Both the position numbers and the translations under genes were made by a program. From Eledone cirrhosa (Eukaryota), in assembly GCA_964016885.1 (NCBI GenBank), contig OZ024742.1, positions 95,108,001-95,172,000 on the forward strand: a stretch of DNA of 64,000 nucleotides. The letters run 5' to 3'. The number at the start of each line of letters is the position of its first letter. Positions within the stretch are counted from its first letter, which is position 1. This document shows positions 37,794 through 50,599 of this stretch, one piece after another. The notes under the pieces are model-generated. The model was not told the origin of the DNA and ran no database searches. It was given only the letters and a program-made list of their open reading frames with translations.

Positions 37794-38435
37794 CTAGCAG
37801 TGGTACCCGGCGTTGCACTGGATAAGGTATTTTGGAACGCAGGCTGCCAACAGACCTAATCGTTGAAAAACTGCATGCCTGGACAATATGTAAAGAAAAT
37901 AAACCGAATACTCTGATGGCTGGATAATCTTTAAGGTTTTCCTCGATGAAGCAGGAAAAATGCAGGTTTTCACCTACTGTGGACACTAGGGGATCAAGAA
38001 AATTAATTTTTTTTATGTGCATAATATGCCTTGAAATTTCGGGAAAATCGCCTAGACGTAACGTCTCAAAAAAGCCCTAAAAATCTGAAAAAATGAAGTT
38101 TTTCACCTAATGCGTCCCTAGCCCATAAAAAAGTTGCATTTTCTTTGCTCACGCGATGAAGAAGAGACTGACTAATATATAGTTACAATTTCAAGGAAAT
38201 CGGTCTGACGTAACGCCTCAAATAACCCCTAAAAAGCTGAAAAAACACAGTTGTTCACCTAATGCGGGCCCTAGGGGATCAAAAAGTTGAATTTCATGCA
38301 TAACACTCCCTGAAACATAAGTAATACACATGTAAAGTTTGAAAAAAACCGGTTGGGTACTTCTCGAGTTTTAGGGATTCGAACTCACAGACACATACAC
38401 ACACAGACAGACATCCTCTGTTTTATATATATAGA
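37794..38435 (-). mobile_element. Non-autonomous Helitron H1, second copy
   Basis: Highly similar to 16371-16978; 5' TC and 3' CTAG; inserted at an A|T site within TA repeats. Confidence 0.85.
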
Positions 38436-40841
38436 TATATATATATGTGTGTGTGTGTATGAGGGTTTATATATTTCTATATATATTTGCACATGTGTGT
38501 GCGTGATGATAATATCATCATCGTTTCTACATGTGGCTTGAGTTGGACAGGAGTTTCTGAAGCAATGTTTTACAGCCAGATGCTTCACTTCTTACATCAT
38601 GCTGGATGGTGGTAATAGGCTTATGCTTAATTTCTGTTCGCCATATTTCATTTACAAATCATTGGTCAACCTGAGCCTATAGTTGGAGACATTTTCTCAA
38701 GGTGCCAATTAGTGAAGCTGAATTTGAAATCACGTGGTTCTGAAGTGACCCACTCATCCACATAGCCCTGCTTGCACTTGTTTCTCATTAAATGACATCT
38801 AAGCTGTAAATATATTCTGATGCAGTAGAATTCAGGATCCTTTCTATTTAGCATCACTATCTGCCTTATAGGCACAGGATATATGGAAATAGGTGACAGA
38901 GTTAAATTCAAATATTAATTATACATGTTTTGCAGACTTTTGAGAGATAACAGGGAAAGTTGGCCTATGAAGAATTTGATCTCAGAACACTGGCAAAATA
39001 GATCACCTAAAACAAATAATTAGGATGTTTTCTGACAGTGCATAAAGTGGAGAGCTCTTTTTCACCTTGTGGCAGACAAGATAACTCCTCTAATATTGGT
39101 ATTGTGATAAAACACACCCAGTTTACTCTGAAAATCGTTGGTGTTAGGAAGGGCAACTAGCCGACGAAACCATCACAATATTTTGAATGTATGAGTGAAA
39201 ACTACCCAGACCCAATCTATCATGGAAAGCAATAATTTTTAATAATATTGTAATGACTTGCCCAGCCTATGCCACTATTGAAAGTAAACTTGTAATGTTG
39301 GTGTTGATGATGACAAAATAAAGGTATTTTGGTTTCTTAAATGAGCATATTTGGTTGAATCAACCATGGTAATGTCATTTACTATTATGATTTGTACTCA
39401 CATAACAACAAACAAACAAATCATTTTACACCTATTTTCCTTACCAAAGCAGAAGTTAACCTTGTGGAACCAATGACAAGCTACATATTTTATGGATTAT
39501 TTTACAAAATGTGACATTCATTAAACACGAAACTATAAATGGCAAATACTTGCCAATGTGTTTCAGTCCTTTTTCTTAGTCATTGCTCTTCCAATACTGT
39601 CTTCTCTTTCTATTCACCTTGGATATTTCTTTTCACTACTGTCATACAAAAATATTGAATTCCTGACACCAAAACTTTGACTCTAAATATATGTAGGCAT
39701 ACATTGAAATTATTCTTAACTAAATACACATTGTACATTGTAAAGTGGTTGGTGAGAGGAATCGCATCCAACTTTGAAAAATGTACCAAACAAAGGGTCA
39801 AAAGAACTTTCCAGCTGTGTTAAAGACATTATAAACTTCCCAGTGCTAGTGCCATGGTAAAATACACATGGAAAAGCACAGGATAGTATGTAAGGGAGAT
39901 GTGGTCCCCCTGCTCATCTCAACACTTGATACATTGCATGGAGGGGGGGGGGGGAATATGAATACAAGATGCAGCATGCTCAAGCCCCTCTTCCCAACAT
40001 GCACACACTTGACCCATCTGAATAGTCACTAGCTCCACTTGAGTATTGACCTTCTTGTGACAACCTGTCCAACTTATGCTAGCAGGGAAGATGAATGTTT
40101 CACAATGGTGATGACGATGATGAAGTCCCAGATTTCTATTGTGGAGTGAAACTAAAAATTCTTTGGCCTTTGCCCATTTCACAAAAGCACACGAGATACA
40201 TTAAACACATTAGGAATCTAGTTTAAGCTAAGGAATCTAGACTATGCTATTCTGTCAGTCTACTGTTCACTTAAGTTCATCAGACCATTCCATGTGGCAC
40301 CCTAACACCAAACAATATATTTAAAAAACAACATCAAATCAAAACAAAATAATTACCACATCACATCCCTTTGAAATATTTATAAAATAATAACATTGAA
40401 AAAAAACTAATAATAAATGGACAAATAAATGTATAAAATTGGGCATTCTTTTTTGTTATTTTCCCTATTATTTCTTCCAATCTAATTCATTATATTATTT
40501 GGTATTGTTTCTTTTCTAAATCTGCCACATTTTTAAAACTTTGTTGTTGTTATTTTTGTTGTTATTCTGGTCCTATCTTGGTAATTTTATTGGCTTTGGA
40601 ACTGAGAAGGAGGGTGTATTTGTTTTGTTTATGTAATTGTTTAGCTAAGTTGAAAGTCTTTCAGGCTAAGCTTTCTCTTTAAAGGGCCAATTTAACTTTC
40701 AATAGGGTCAGAGGTGAAACCATTATCACTCATGAAAGCTGATGTCAAATACAAATAAATTATGATGTTGCTGTGGTGGAGAAAAAAAACAATGGAAATT
40801 TTATATATATATATAAATTCTTATATATATATGCATATATA

Positions 40842-41440
40842 TTATCATCACCGCTTTACATCCATTTTCCATGGTAGCATGGGTTAGACGAGTTGTCCTC
40901 TTATGGGCAATGCTAGGTCAGGTGACCATGATTTGCTTATACAGCACTGATTTTGGCTTGGTTTCTATAGCTGGATGCCCTTCCTAATGCCAAGCTCATT
41001 TACTGTGAGTACTCTGTGCCTTTTGTTAGGATACCTCCACAACCACTTCACAGTGTGGGTTGGGTATTTTCGTCGTCATACTTACACGACCCCAATACAG
41101 AGGAATGTTTGTGTGGGCAGGGCATACTGTATGTATGCTTCAGTTTCAGCCTGTGCCCATGGTAAGTCAGGTTTTCTGTATTGCTTTATTACTGTGTCAT
41201 CACCTTTGAGAGGTGTAATTGGGCAAGGTCAGCTTTTATCACTTCATCCCAAGTCTTCCTGGGTAACCCCACTCCAAGGCTTCCATCGACTTTGTGCACT
41301 CTCTACCTTTTTAGTCAGTTGACATCCTCCATACACATCACCTGTCCATAACGTAATCTCTTGCACACAACATTTGATTCCTCTTATGCCTAGTTTCTCT
41401 CTCAGTTTGTTTATGCTTTGCTGTTCACATACATTACTAT
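40842..41440 (-). mobile_element. RTE 3' fragment (second subfamily) with internal deletions
   Basis: KTWDEVIKADLAQLHLSK C-terminus, 3'UTR and gat tail. Confidence 0.85.
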
Positions 41441-41485
41441 TAGATATATATATATATATTTACATATATATATATCTATATATAA

Positions 41486-42200
41486 TCATTATCGTTTTTA
41501 CATCCCTTTTCCATGCTTGCTTTGGTTAGACGAGTCATTCTCACCTTCTCAGCATGCATCACTCTACTTGTTATGTTCCTTCATCATCTCCTCAGCCAGT
41601 CTTCGCAATTTGAGGTCTGCTCTGACAACATCTGCCCAGATCTTTCTTGATTGTCCTCTACTGCAGCCGCCTTCCATTTGGATTTCTAGGCATTACTTCA
41701 CCCATCTGTCAGTGTCTTTGTGCATCATATGTTCATACAAACACAGTCTTCTCTCCTGCACATCATCTTCGATTCCCCTTTAATCCAGCTTCTCCCTCTG
41801 CTCATCCAAGCTCTGCCATTCTCTCATATTTACGTTGCACATCCAAGAAAACATGGTTTCTTCATTTATCTCCAGTCTACACATGTCCTCTGCAGTCACA
41901 GCTCATGTTTCACTACCATACAACATCGGGTGCCACACATAAGTGTCATACACCCTTCCTTTTTGTACATAGGGAGAAAGGTTTTGTTGTCAGCAGTGTG
42001 AGTAGTTTTCTTAACTCCTTTCATCCTATCCTTATTCTATTCTGCTCTTGACACACCCTTCTCTGCTACTAATTAGTTCACCTAGATAGCAGAAGTTATC
42101 AACCACATCTATGTATCCTTCCAGTGACTGGGAAAGATTTATATCATTAGCACTCTTCCTCTTGATTTCTCCTGTGCATCTTCTACAATCAAAGTTCTCC
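41486..42200 (-). mobile_element. Older RTE 3' fragment
   Basis: Degenerate ENFDCRRCTGEI...YLGELISS...RIRIG...LLTTKPFSL; atgc stem near the tail. Confidence 0.75.
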
Positions 42201-42239
42201 TTAGTCTACTTTAAAAAGGTGCAGGGTGCTCAAATTCAA

Positions 42240-44130
42240 TGGAAGCCATGGAATGGGGAGATCCCTGAAGACTTGGCATGAGGCGATAAAAGCTGACTTC
42301 ACTCAATTGCACTTCTCAAAAAGGATGCAACAGGACTGGGATCTCTGGCATTATTCAGTAATAAAGAAGACCCACCTTCCCATGGGCACAGGCTGAAGCT
42401 AAAGCATACATATATATATATATATACTAGCTGGCGTGTCTGGCTGGCGCCCAGCTAGGTATACCGACATTTTATCTTTTCAGGAATCCCACCTCACTCC
42501 AGTGTAAAAATACCGCACGCCCTCTCGAGTCAGCAAGGGGGAGAGAGGGTGCTTAACATGCTCTAATGTTGGGTTTGAATAGTTTTTAGGATTCCCCAGT
42601 TCAGCAGCCAGTACGTTAAAGAAAATTGATAGTTACAACAATAAAGGCTGAACAGAGAACAACTATTTTAACAAACAATAATTTGTACAACCATAATGGA
42701 AATTCCAAGTAACAGAAAATATTTAAATTACCTTGTTAGAGCCTCAGAGTATACAATATTTTTTGTTCGGCCCTCCGGAGCAAATATGAAGAGATTGTTT
42801 GGTAAGCTCACCCTAGAGCATCCTACATTCAATTGACCATGGGAGAATCACAGATATCATGGCTCGTCTCGCGGAGAAGCTCTGTAGATGTTGACCTCTG
42901 GACACTCCTGTCAAGAGCAGGTAAGCTGTAGTGACTTAGAGGCCTACCACCAATCTCCAGGACACTGTTTTCAAGACAAATGAGCGCCTCATTGAAAACA
43001 ACATTGTATGTTACATTTGGATTGTGTCTGCGTGTACGGTGGAGGATGTCCTCAGCTAGACTTTGACTGTGGTTGTTCCACAGTGCGGGAGGGTCGGTGA
43101 GATCGCAGTTGTGCAGCAGAGAAGGAACTTTAGCAGTTGCTACTTCTTGCAGGTTGAGGTCGCAATGGCTGTCATTGTGTAACAAACCATGCATCTGGCA
43201 AGCCAAACAGTAAGTGGAACATTGATGGCCATTGATGGTTCTCAGATCTTGGAAAAGCTGTGGTCCTTTGACCTCGAACTGTGACAATGACGATTGTGCT
43301 TTCGTGAAATAAATAGGTTTTTGTTTTTGTTTTTGTGTATGCAAAAATATCTGTACACGAATATATATATTAAAATAACAGATTAAAGTTTAAGCAAAGA
43401 ATCGCTGCTTTCGCCCTCAACAGGATCTTGTGAAACTAAAAGAATCTGTCTGTGAACGCAGAAGTAAATATTTCGAAAAACGTTATCTAATGCAGACAGC
43501 CGGACATACAGAGAGCTATGTATCTATCTAAAAAGACAGACTAAGAAAAAGAGGGGAATATTGTGTGACGTCATAAGAAAACGTGAGGAATGATGTATAA
43601 TCGGAAGTGTTGACATTTGAAATTTTAAAGAAGTGAATATTTAAATAATGTTTTTAATCTTTTAACAAAATTCAGTAGTTTTTACTTGGAACACGTTACA
43701 TCTATGGTGCAAATTTGGTGCTGTTTGGTCCAGCCGTTTGGCGGAAAGTTTGTTACCTACATACGGCCGTCAGCTTTGTAGTATAGATAGTATGCACCAG
43801 TCCCACCTTACCCTCCCAAACATCTCTCATGAGGAAGGCTGTAGCATACATCCAGGGAAGCCTCCAGCCCACACTGTAGAGTGGCTCTGTAGGTGTCATG
43901 ACAAAAACCACCCAGCAAACATTGTAAAGTGGTCGGGGTGGAGTAATGGCACAAAGCACCCAGCACACACTGTAAATGTGGTTGACATTAGGAGGGGCAT
44001 CCAGTCATGGAAACTAAGCCAGAAACAGTTCTATAGGACCAAGATATGGTAACCTAACACAAAATGCCTCAAACAGGACAACTTGTCTAACACATACTAG
44101 CATGGCAAAATGGACATTAAACGGGGATGA
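42240..44130 (+). mobile_element. RTE 3' fragment split by Helitron H3
   Basis: 42240-42410 encodes KTWHEAIKADFTQLHFSK..QDWDLWHYSV; the 3'UTR resumes at 43788 and ends gcatggcaaaatggacattaaac..gatgat. Confidence 0.75.
42427..43787 (-). mobile_element. Internally deleted Helitron H3 with RepHel fragments
   Basis: ORF 42829-43344 (VKGP..FQDLRTING..TY..AC..GLL.ND...DP.ALW..L.EDIL, Rep-helicase linker) abuts FSHGQLNVGCSRV...TKNIVYSEAL (Pif1 helicase C-terminus, ~42738-42847); 5' TC, 3' CTAG, A|T site. Confidence 0.9.
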
Positions 44131-44362
44131 TATATATATATATCATATAGTTGTTGTAGGGTTGCAATTAAATGTGTCCATGGGTGGTATGCCGGTTGAG
44201 CACTCGATGGTCGCGCAGAGAAGAGTATATTATTATAGATAATGAGGAATCAGTAATGCATCAAAACACAGTTTTATTAACATATCACATATGTTTCTCC
44301 ATCGATATATATATATTATGGAATACTGTTGGCTTTTTGCTACAATGTTTTCTATACCTTTC

Positions 44363-44365
<3 letters not shown>

Positions 44366-44403
<38 letters not shown>

Positions 44404-44418
44404 TACATATATATATAT

Positions 44419-44509
<91 letters not shown>

Positions 44510-44515
44510 TATATA
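44366..44515. repeat. (TA)n/(CA)n microsatellite
   Basis: Directly visible. Confidence 0.95.
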
Positions 44516-45118
44516 TTTATTTTTCCCTCTACTCTGGGCGTTTGACAAAAAGCCATGTTTGGCATTGAGAACTTAGTTAAAGGAAAAAAAAGTTTAGAAC
44601 ACTATTGTTTCATTTTTACGTCAACATTTATATATTGATGTGGGTTGGATAAAACGTTATGAGTCAATTTTATACAGCCAGATGCCTTTTGTGACACCTA
44701 CATCAACGTTTCCATGTTGTCATGGGTTGGACAGTACTTTTTGAGGAAAAGTTTTACAGATGGATATCCTTCCTTATGCCAATTCTTTTAGTCACTTCTC
44801 ATTACTTGCAGGAATGTGGTGTACCTATTTTAAATTGGATGCACACAGCCATTTAAACATTTCAATAAAAATACATTTAAGTTAATAGAAGATTCTCGAA
44901 TAAAGGCTTAGGCATAGCTGTGTAGTTAAGGTGTTTCAAAACCATATGGTTCACTCCCACTGTGTGGAAACTTGAACACTTGTATCTACTATAACCTTGG
45001 GCTCACCAATGCCTTATAGTTGAAATTTCGTAAACAGAAACTGCACAAGCTTATCGTGCATGTCTCTCTGTATGTATGTATAGGTGTTTACATTTGTATC
45101 TCTATATAATAATATAAT

Positions 45119-45309
45119 TATTTCTACTTTTGGCACAAGGCCAGCAATTATCCCAGTGCATTACTGGTACTTTATTTTATCGACTCCATCAGATGAAAGG
45201 CAAACTTAACCATGGCACGATTTGAACTCATAACGTAAAGGGCCATAATTCTATGCTGCAAAGCATGGTGTCTGATGCTCTACTGATTGATACTGCCAAT
45301 CCACTGCCT
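45119..45309 (-). mobile_element. SINE-A short form
   Basis: Family motifs; TSD aataatataat at 45108-45118 and 45320-45330. Confidence 0.85.
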
Positions 45310-45789
45310 TTGTGTTTAGAATAATATAATATAATGAAATTATTGTGTACAGTGCAATTCAAGAAAAAAAGAACGATAAGATAAGAACCAGGTTTGAAAA
45401 AATAAATACCGGTATCTCTATGATCCACTAATTCCATTTAAAGTGTATCATTGCAATCTGATGACTGAAATCAGTAAAAACAATAAAAGAGTAAGGTTTG
45501 AACTACTTCAATTTCTATGTTTTCTAATATTTCAATATACAACAGAATTATATTATAAAGAACAGAGGAGGAAATTAAAGTTTTCACAGAATTTTGTTTT
45601 CTGTTTCTGCTAATATTTGTTTGCAGTTGTCCAGTCCTGATTTGGTGTGGTACACCTCTTGAGACATGTACTGGTGCATCATTGATTCTGTATTCCAATT
45701 TCGTAGCACATTGTCAGCAGCCCTACTGTCAAGTTATTCAACATGAATGCAATTCAAGCAGACCAATAGTCTGAGCATCATTATTTTAC

Positions 45790-45943
45790 TGGACACCATG
45801 CTTTCTAGCATAGTTATGTCCCTTTACAATCTGAGTTCCAATCCCGCCGAGGTTAACTTTGCCTTTCATCCTTATGGGGTCGATAAAATAAAGTACCAGT
45901 AATATACTGGGTAATTGCTGGTCTTGTGCCTAAAGTAGAAACA
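45790..45943 (+). mobile_element. SINE-A short form, 5'-truncated
   Basis: Family motifs; near-TSD attattttac / attatttttac. Confidence 0.85.
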
Positions 45944-47010
45944 ATTATTTTACATCAACTTTTACAATGTGTGTAAGCACGACACAGTCATCTTTCTGGA
46001 AAGGTCAGTAGTTCCTAATAAATCTAACCCATGCTACTACAGAAAAGCAGACATTGAATGTTGATTAGGATGATAAAAATATTTGTTTAGAAATAATGAG
46101 AAATGGAGAGATTAGTTAAAATTTGGCTACTATTTCAGTTTGAAATCTTGTAATTAACTTCCAAAGACTCATTTTCTGCCTAACATCCTTTCTTTATAAT
46201 TCTTTTTCCATTTATTTTTATTTTTTATTTAAAAAAAGGTGAAAATGAAGTAAACTACTTGTGACACAGATAGCAATCAGCAGACTGAAATGTTGACCTG
46301 AAGTGCACTTAGTGCCAATAAATGGTCTGGATAAATGGTGGAACAAGAGTCAGAGTTTATCAGTTCTTAGGTATGATGGTGGTAGTGGTGGTGATTATTG
46401 TTATATTTTTTTCTGTGGTGTTTATGATAATGGTCGTGGTGATATTGATGGTAGTTATTATGGTGATGGTGTAGTGCTGGTTAGTGGCAGTAGTAGCAGC
46501 AGTGGTGTTTGTTTTCTTTCACTTAATTATTTCCGTATTTTATTTAAAGATCTTTGCTTCATATTTAAAATTGCTTTGATTTGTTTTTATTTAATGTTGC
46601 AAAAGATATTTTGTTTTCATCTTCCACTCTGTCAACATTCCCCATCACCATCACCCCCTACACCACCAATCACATCATTACCACCAACGCCCACATCTGC
46701 CACTACCAACACCAGACAACTCCAGTAGCAGCAGCAGCTTCATCAGTTGAAACAAAATAAGACCAACCTCTTGGGGAATCATTTAACCATTCAAGAGCAG
46801 CTATCATCACTGGTAGAAACCTAAAAAACAATCAATGGTTTAGTATCTTTGAAATGTTTAGATTTTTATGATTTGGAAATGAGATTCTTTTCATATATAC
46901 AATCAGTTTGACTAATCATGTAATGTTTTTGTAAGAAATAAACAAGGAAGGGAATTGGAAATAATCAAATAATTAGGATATTAGGTAGGTAGATGTATAT
47001 TTAAGTGGAC

Positions 47011-47695
47011 ACACATGGCTTAATGGTAAGGTTGTAAAACTTATGATCATAATGTCGAGGGTTTGATTCCTGGACTTGGTAATGCGTTGTGTTTCTTTTG
47101 CAAAACACTTCATTTCACGCTGCTCCAATATATTCAGCTGAAAATGAGTACCAGCAATAGCTGGGGGTTTAACCTTGTGATGGACTGGCATCCAGGAAGA
47201 CTTGGGATGAAGTGATAAAAGCTGACCTTGTCCAATTACACCTCTCAAAGGTGATGACACAGTAATAAAGCAATACAGAAAACCTGACTTCCCATGGGCA
47301 CAGGCCGAAACTGAAGCATACATACAGTATGCCCTGCCCACCCAAACATTCCTCTGTATTGGAGTCGTGTAAGTATGACGACGAAAATACCCAACCCACG
47401 CTGTAAAGTGGTCGTGTAAGTGTCACAACAAAAAGCACCCAGTCCACACTGTGAAGTGGTTGTGGAGGTATCCTAACAAAAGGCAAAGAGTACTCACAGT
47501 AAATGAGCTTGGCATTAGGAAGGGCATCCAGCTATAGAAACCAAGCCAAAATCAGTTCTGTATAAGCAAATCATGGTCACCTGACCTAGCATTGCCCATA
47601 AGAGGACAACTCGTCTATTGTAATCTCAGTTGCTTAACACCAAGGAAACTGGAATAAGCACCAGCCTGTTGAGTATCTGGACTCGAGACAGACTT
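47011..47695 (+). mobile_element. CORE-SINE interrupted by a tail-less RTE fragment (47192-47617)
   Basis: tRNA head and CORE-like segment at 47011-47191; SINE-like sequence resumes at 47618; the insert is a near-identical inverted copy of 40885-41262. Confidence 0.75.
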
Positions 47696-48648
47696 AGATA
47701 TATATATAGATTTGTAACTCCTGGAAGAGTCGTGTGGCTCTGTTGTAGCATATCTTGAACACTTTAAATCGGAGGGGGGGGGGGGTCATCACCGCTCCAG
47801 TTTGGAACACAGCCAATTTCTTCTAGAGAAGGAGAGAGTATGTGTGTCAGAAAGTGATAGAAAAAATTATCAACTCCCATACAAGACTGGTACTGTTTAT
47901 CTACCTCAAAATGATGAAAGGCAAAGTTGATCTAAAAGGGATTTGAACTTAACGAGTGCAAAGATCTGGAATGAATACTGTAAAGTATTCTATTCAAAAT
48001 TCTGATTCTGCCAATTTGTTGCACGTAGTTAGATCTGGAAAGGAAAGAAATAACTAATGTATTCATACATTTGTTCTGAATTGTGTGTTTGTATTCATAT
48101 ATGCATTAATTACATGTAACACTAACAATGTGATTCAGAATTGAGGCGTATATGGAAACATATATAGTATGTTTATGTATAACAAACATACACAAGTCTC
48201 ACTGTGGTATTTTAATCTGTGAAAATACCATATACTAGTATTTCAAGATTTTTATTCATCTTCAGTTATGTGTACTCACTAGTTACTCAGTCAAAATAAG
48301 CTTTTATAAAGATTGGTGGAAATGCTCATTTGCATATAGTGCATGCTTGACATGTTGGTATTAATTAACACTAGCAATAACAGTGTGTAGTATTTAACAT
48401 TGTTTTTATCCATATATTGAGATAGCAGTGATTATGTCAAATATTGAGATAGCTGTGATCATGTGAAATACCCATAGTAAGAGTATGTTTATTATGCATA
48501 AATATGTTGGATAAGCTTCCATATACACCTTTGTTATATATTTATGTATATTCTTTACATTTTGCAGTTTTATAGACATCCCAACCTCATGGTATAAACT
48601 GCAGTAGTATAGTAGGAATTGCAGTTATCCTCAGAGGGTTTTAGTTCT

Positions 48649-48684
<36 letters not shown>

Positions 48685-48831
48685 GTATATATTCTAATCT
48701 TGGTTAGTTTGAACAATTTGGTGTCATAACAAAGGGCATCAAGTCTACACTATAAATGTGGATAGTGTTAGGAAGTGCAACCAGCAATAAAAACCAACCC
48801 AGAGTATTGGACATTAAATGGTGATTATAAT

Positions 48832-49019
48832 TGTTTCTACGTTAGGCACAAGGCCAGCAATAACCCAGTGCATTACTGGTACTTTGTTTTATCGACCCCA
48901 TAAGGATGAAAGGCAAAGTTAACCTTGGCGGGATTTGAACTCAGAATGGCAAGGGCCGTAACTCCATGTGTCAAAGCATGTCATCCGACCCTCTACCGAT
49001 ACCGCCAATCCACCGCCCC
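48832..49019 (-). mobile_element. Full-length SINE-A short form
   Basis: 13-bp TSD tggtgattataat at 48819-48831 and 49020-49032. Confidence 0.92.
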
Positions 49020-49112
49020 TGGTGATTATAATGATGTTGTATATGTCTATGACTACCTCAAAGAATTTGATTGGTATCTGCCCTATAGCAGCTACAAGTT
49101 CTGTTTATACTT

Positions 49113-49579
49113 AATATAATATATATATTTGTGTATATATATATGTATATGTATGTATATATGTGTATATATATGTGTATATGTATATATGTATGTATAT
49201 ATATATGAGTATATGTATGTATATATGTGTATATATACGTGTATATGTATATTTGTATGTATATATATATATGAGTATATGTATGTATATATGTGTATGT
49301 GTATTTATATATATATGTGTATATGTATGTATATATGTGTATATATATGTGTATATGTATATATGTATGTATATATATATGAGTATATGTATGTATATAT
49401 GTGTATATGTATGTGTATATATGTGCATATATATGTGTATATATATATGTGTATATGTATATGTATGTGCATATATGTGTATATTTATTTTATATATTTG
49501 TGTATATATGTGTATATATATGTGTATATATGTGTATATGTATGTATATATATATGTGTATATATATATATACATATAT
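49113..49579. repeat. Compound (TA/TG) microsatellite with a higher-order duplicated block
   Basis: A ~90-bp block ending ...atatatgagtatatgtatgtatatatgtgtat recurs at a 174-bp offset (gagt at 49207 and 49381). Confidence 0.85.
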
Positions 49580-49921
49580 GGAGGCACATGGCTTAGTGGT
49601 TAGAGCATTGGCCTTGCAATCGAAAGGTTGTGAGTTCAATTCTTAGACCGGGTGATGTGTTGTTTCCTTGAGCAAGACACTTTATTTCACATTGCTCCAG
49701 TTTACTCAGCTGTAGAAATGAGATGATAGGGACTGGGGTCCCTATCATTCCACTGTAAAGTGGTCGTGGAGGTGCCACGGCAAAAAAGCACCCAGCACTC
49801 ACTGTAAATGAGGTTGGTGTTAGGAAGGGCATCCAGCTGTAGAAATCAAGCCAAAATCAGTTCCCGTCCCACCCTTGCAAGCAGGGAAAAAGTGGACGTA
49901 AAATGAAATGATGAAAATGAT
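49580..49921 (+). mobile_element. Full-length SINE-B: tRNA head + CORE-like domain + RTE-derived 3' tail
   Basis: A box tggcttagtgg, B box gagttcaattc, ccttgagcaagacacttt...ctcagctgtagaaatg (CORE-like), tail colinear with the RTE 3'UTR 53750-53930. Confidence 0.88.
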
Positions 49922-50599
49922 ATATGTGTATATATTTAATTGAAATTTCCAACATTATCACACACAGTATCAATTTGAATCTCCCTGAGAATCACGTTAA
50001 TGCCACAAATATCTGTTGAGCTTGCATCGTCAAAATCGACAGAGGTCCATTCTACTGGTTTATTCACCTTTATATTTTTACTATAAATCTTTCTATCAGT
50101 ATGTATTTCTATCTACCAATATATCTGCTTCTTATTCTGTTTCTTAGTCTGACACTTTTAATTCTCTATATCACTCCATCTATTGATCTCAGTGTTTTAC
50201 ACTACATCTTTTTATGTGTGATGATGGTGGTGATGAAATATTGATAGTGGTGGGGAAAGATGGAGGAGTGATGTTGGTGGGGGAATTGTAATGGTGGAGG
50301 TGTGATAATGGTGGATGGTGGAGGGGTGATTAGGGCAGAGGAGAGAGGATGTTGGAGTGATATTGGTGAAGAGATAACATTGGAGGAGTGATGAAGATGG
50401 AGGGGTGATGATGTTGGAGGAGTGATTTAAATGAAAAAAAGTGGTCGATTCTTATATTTAACTTTACAATTTAGGAAATGTAATTTCGTGTGTGTATTTG
50501 TGTGTACGTAATGATTTACGTATATGATTTCACTTTAAATTTGAATATATACACAGCCACACAGCCACACACATGTGTATTATATATATATATATATAT

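Noticed and set aside
44172-44576. YI/IY-rich ORFs (also 49111-49646, 9802-10107, 21246-21482, 30520-30819)
   Set aside because: Translations of microsatellites and low-complexity tracts.
49580-49655. tRNA gene
   Set aside because: tRNA-like head of a SINE that continues into CORE and RTE tail; no proper acceptor stem or terminator.
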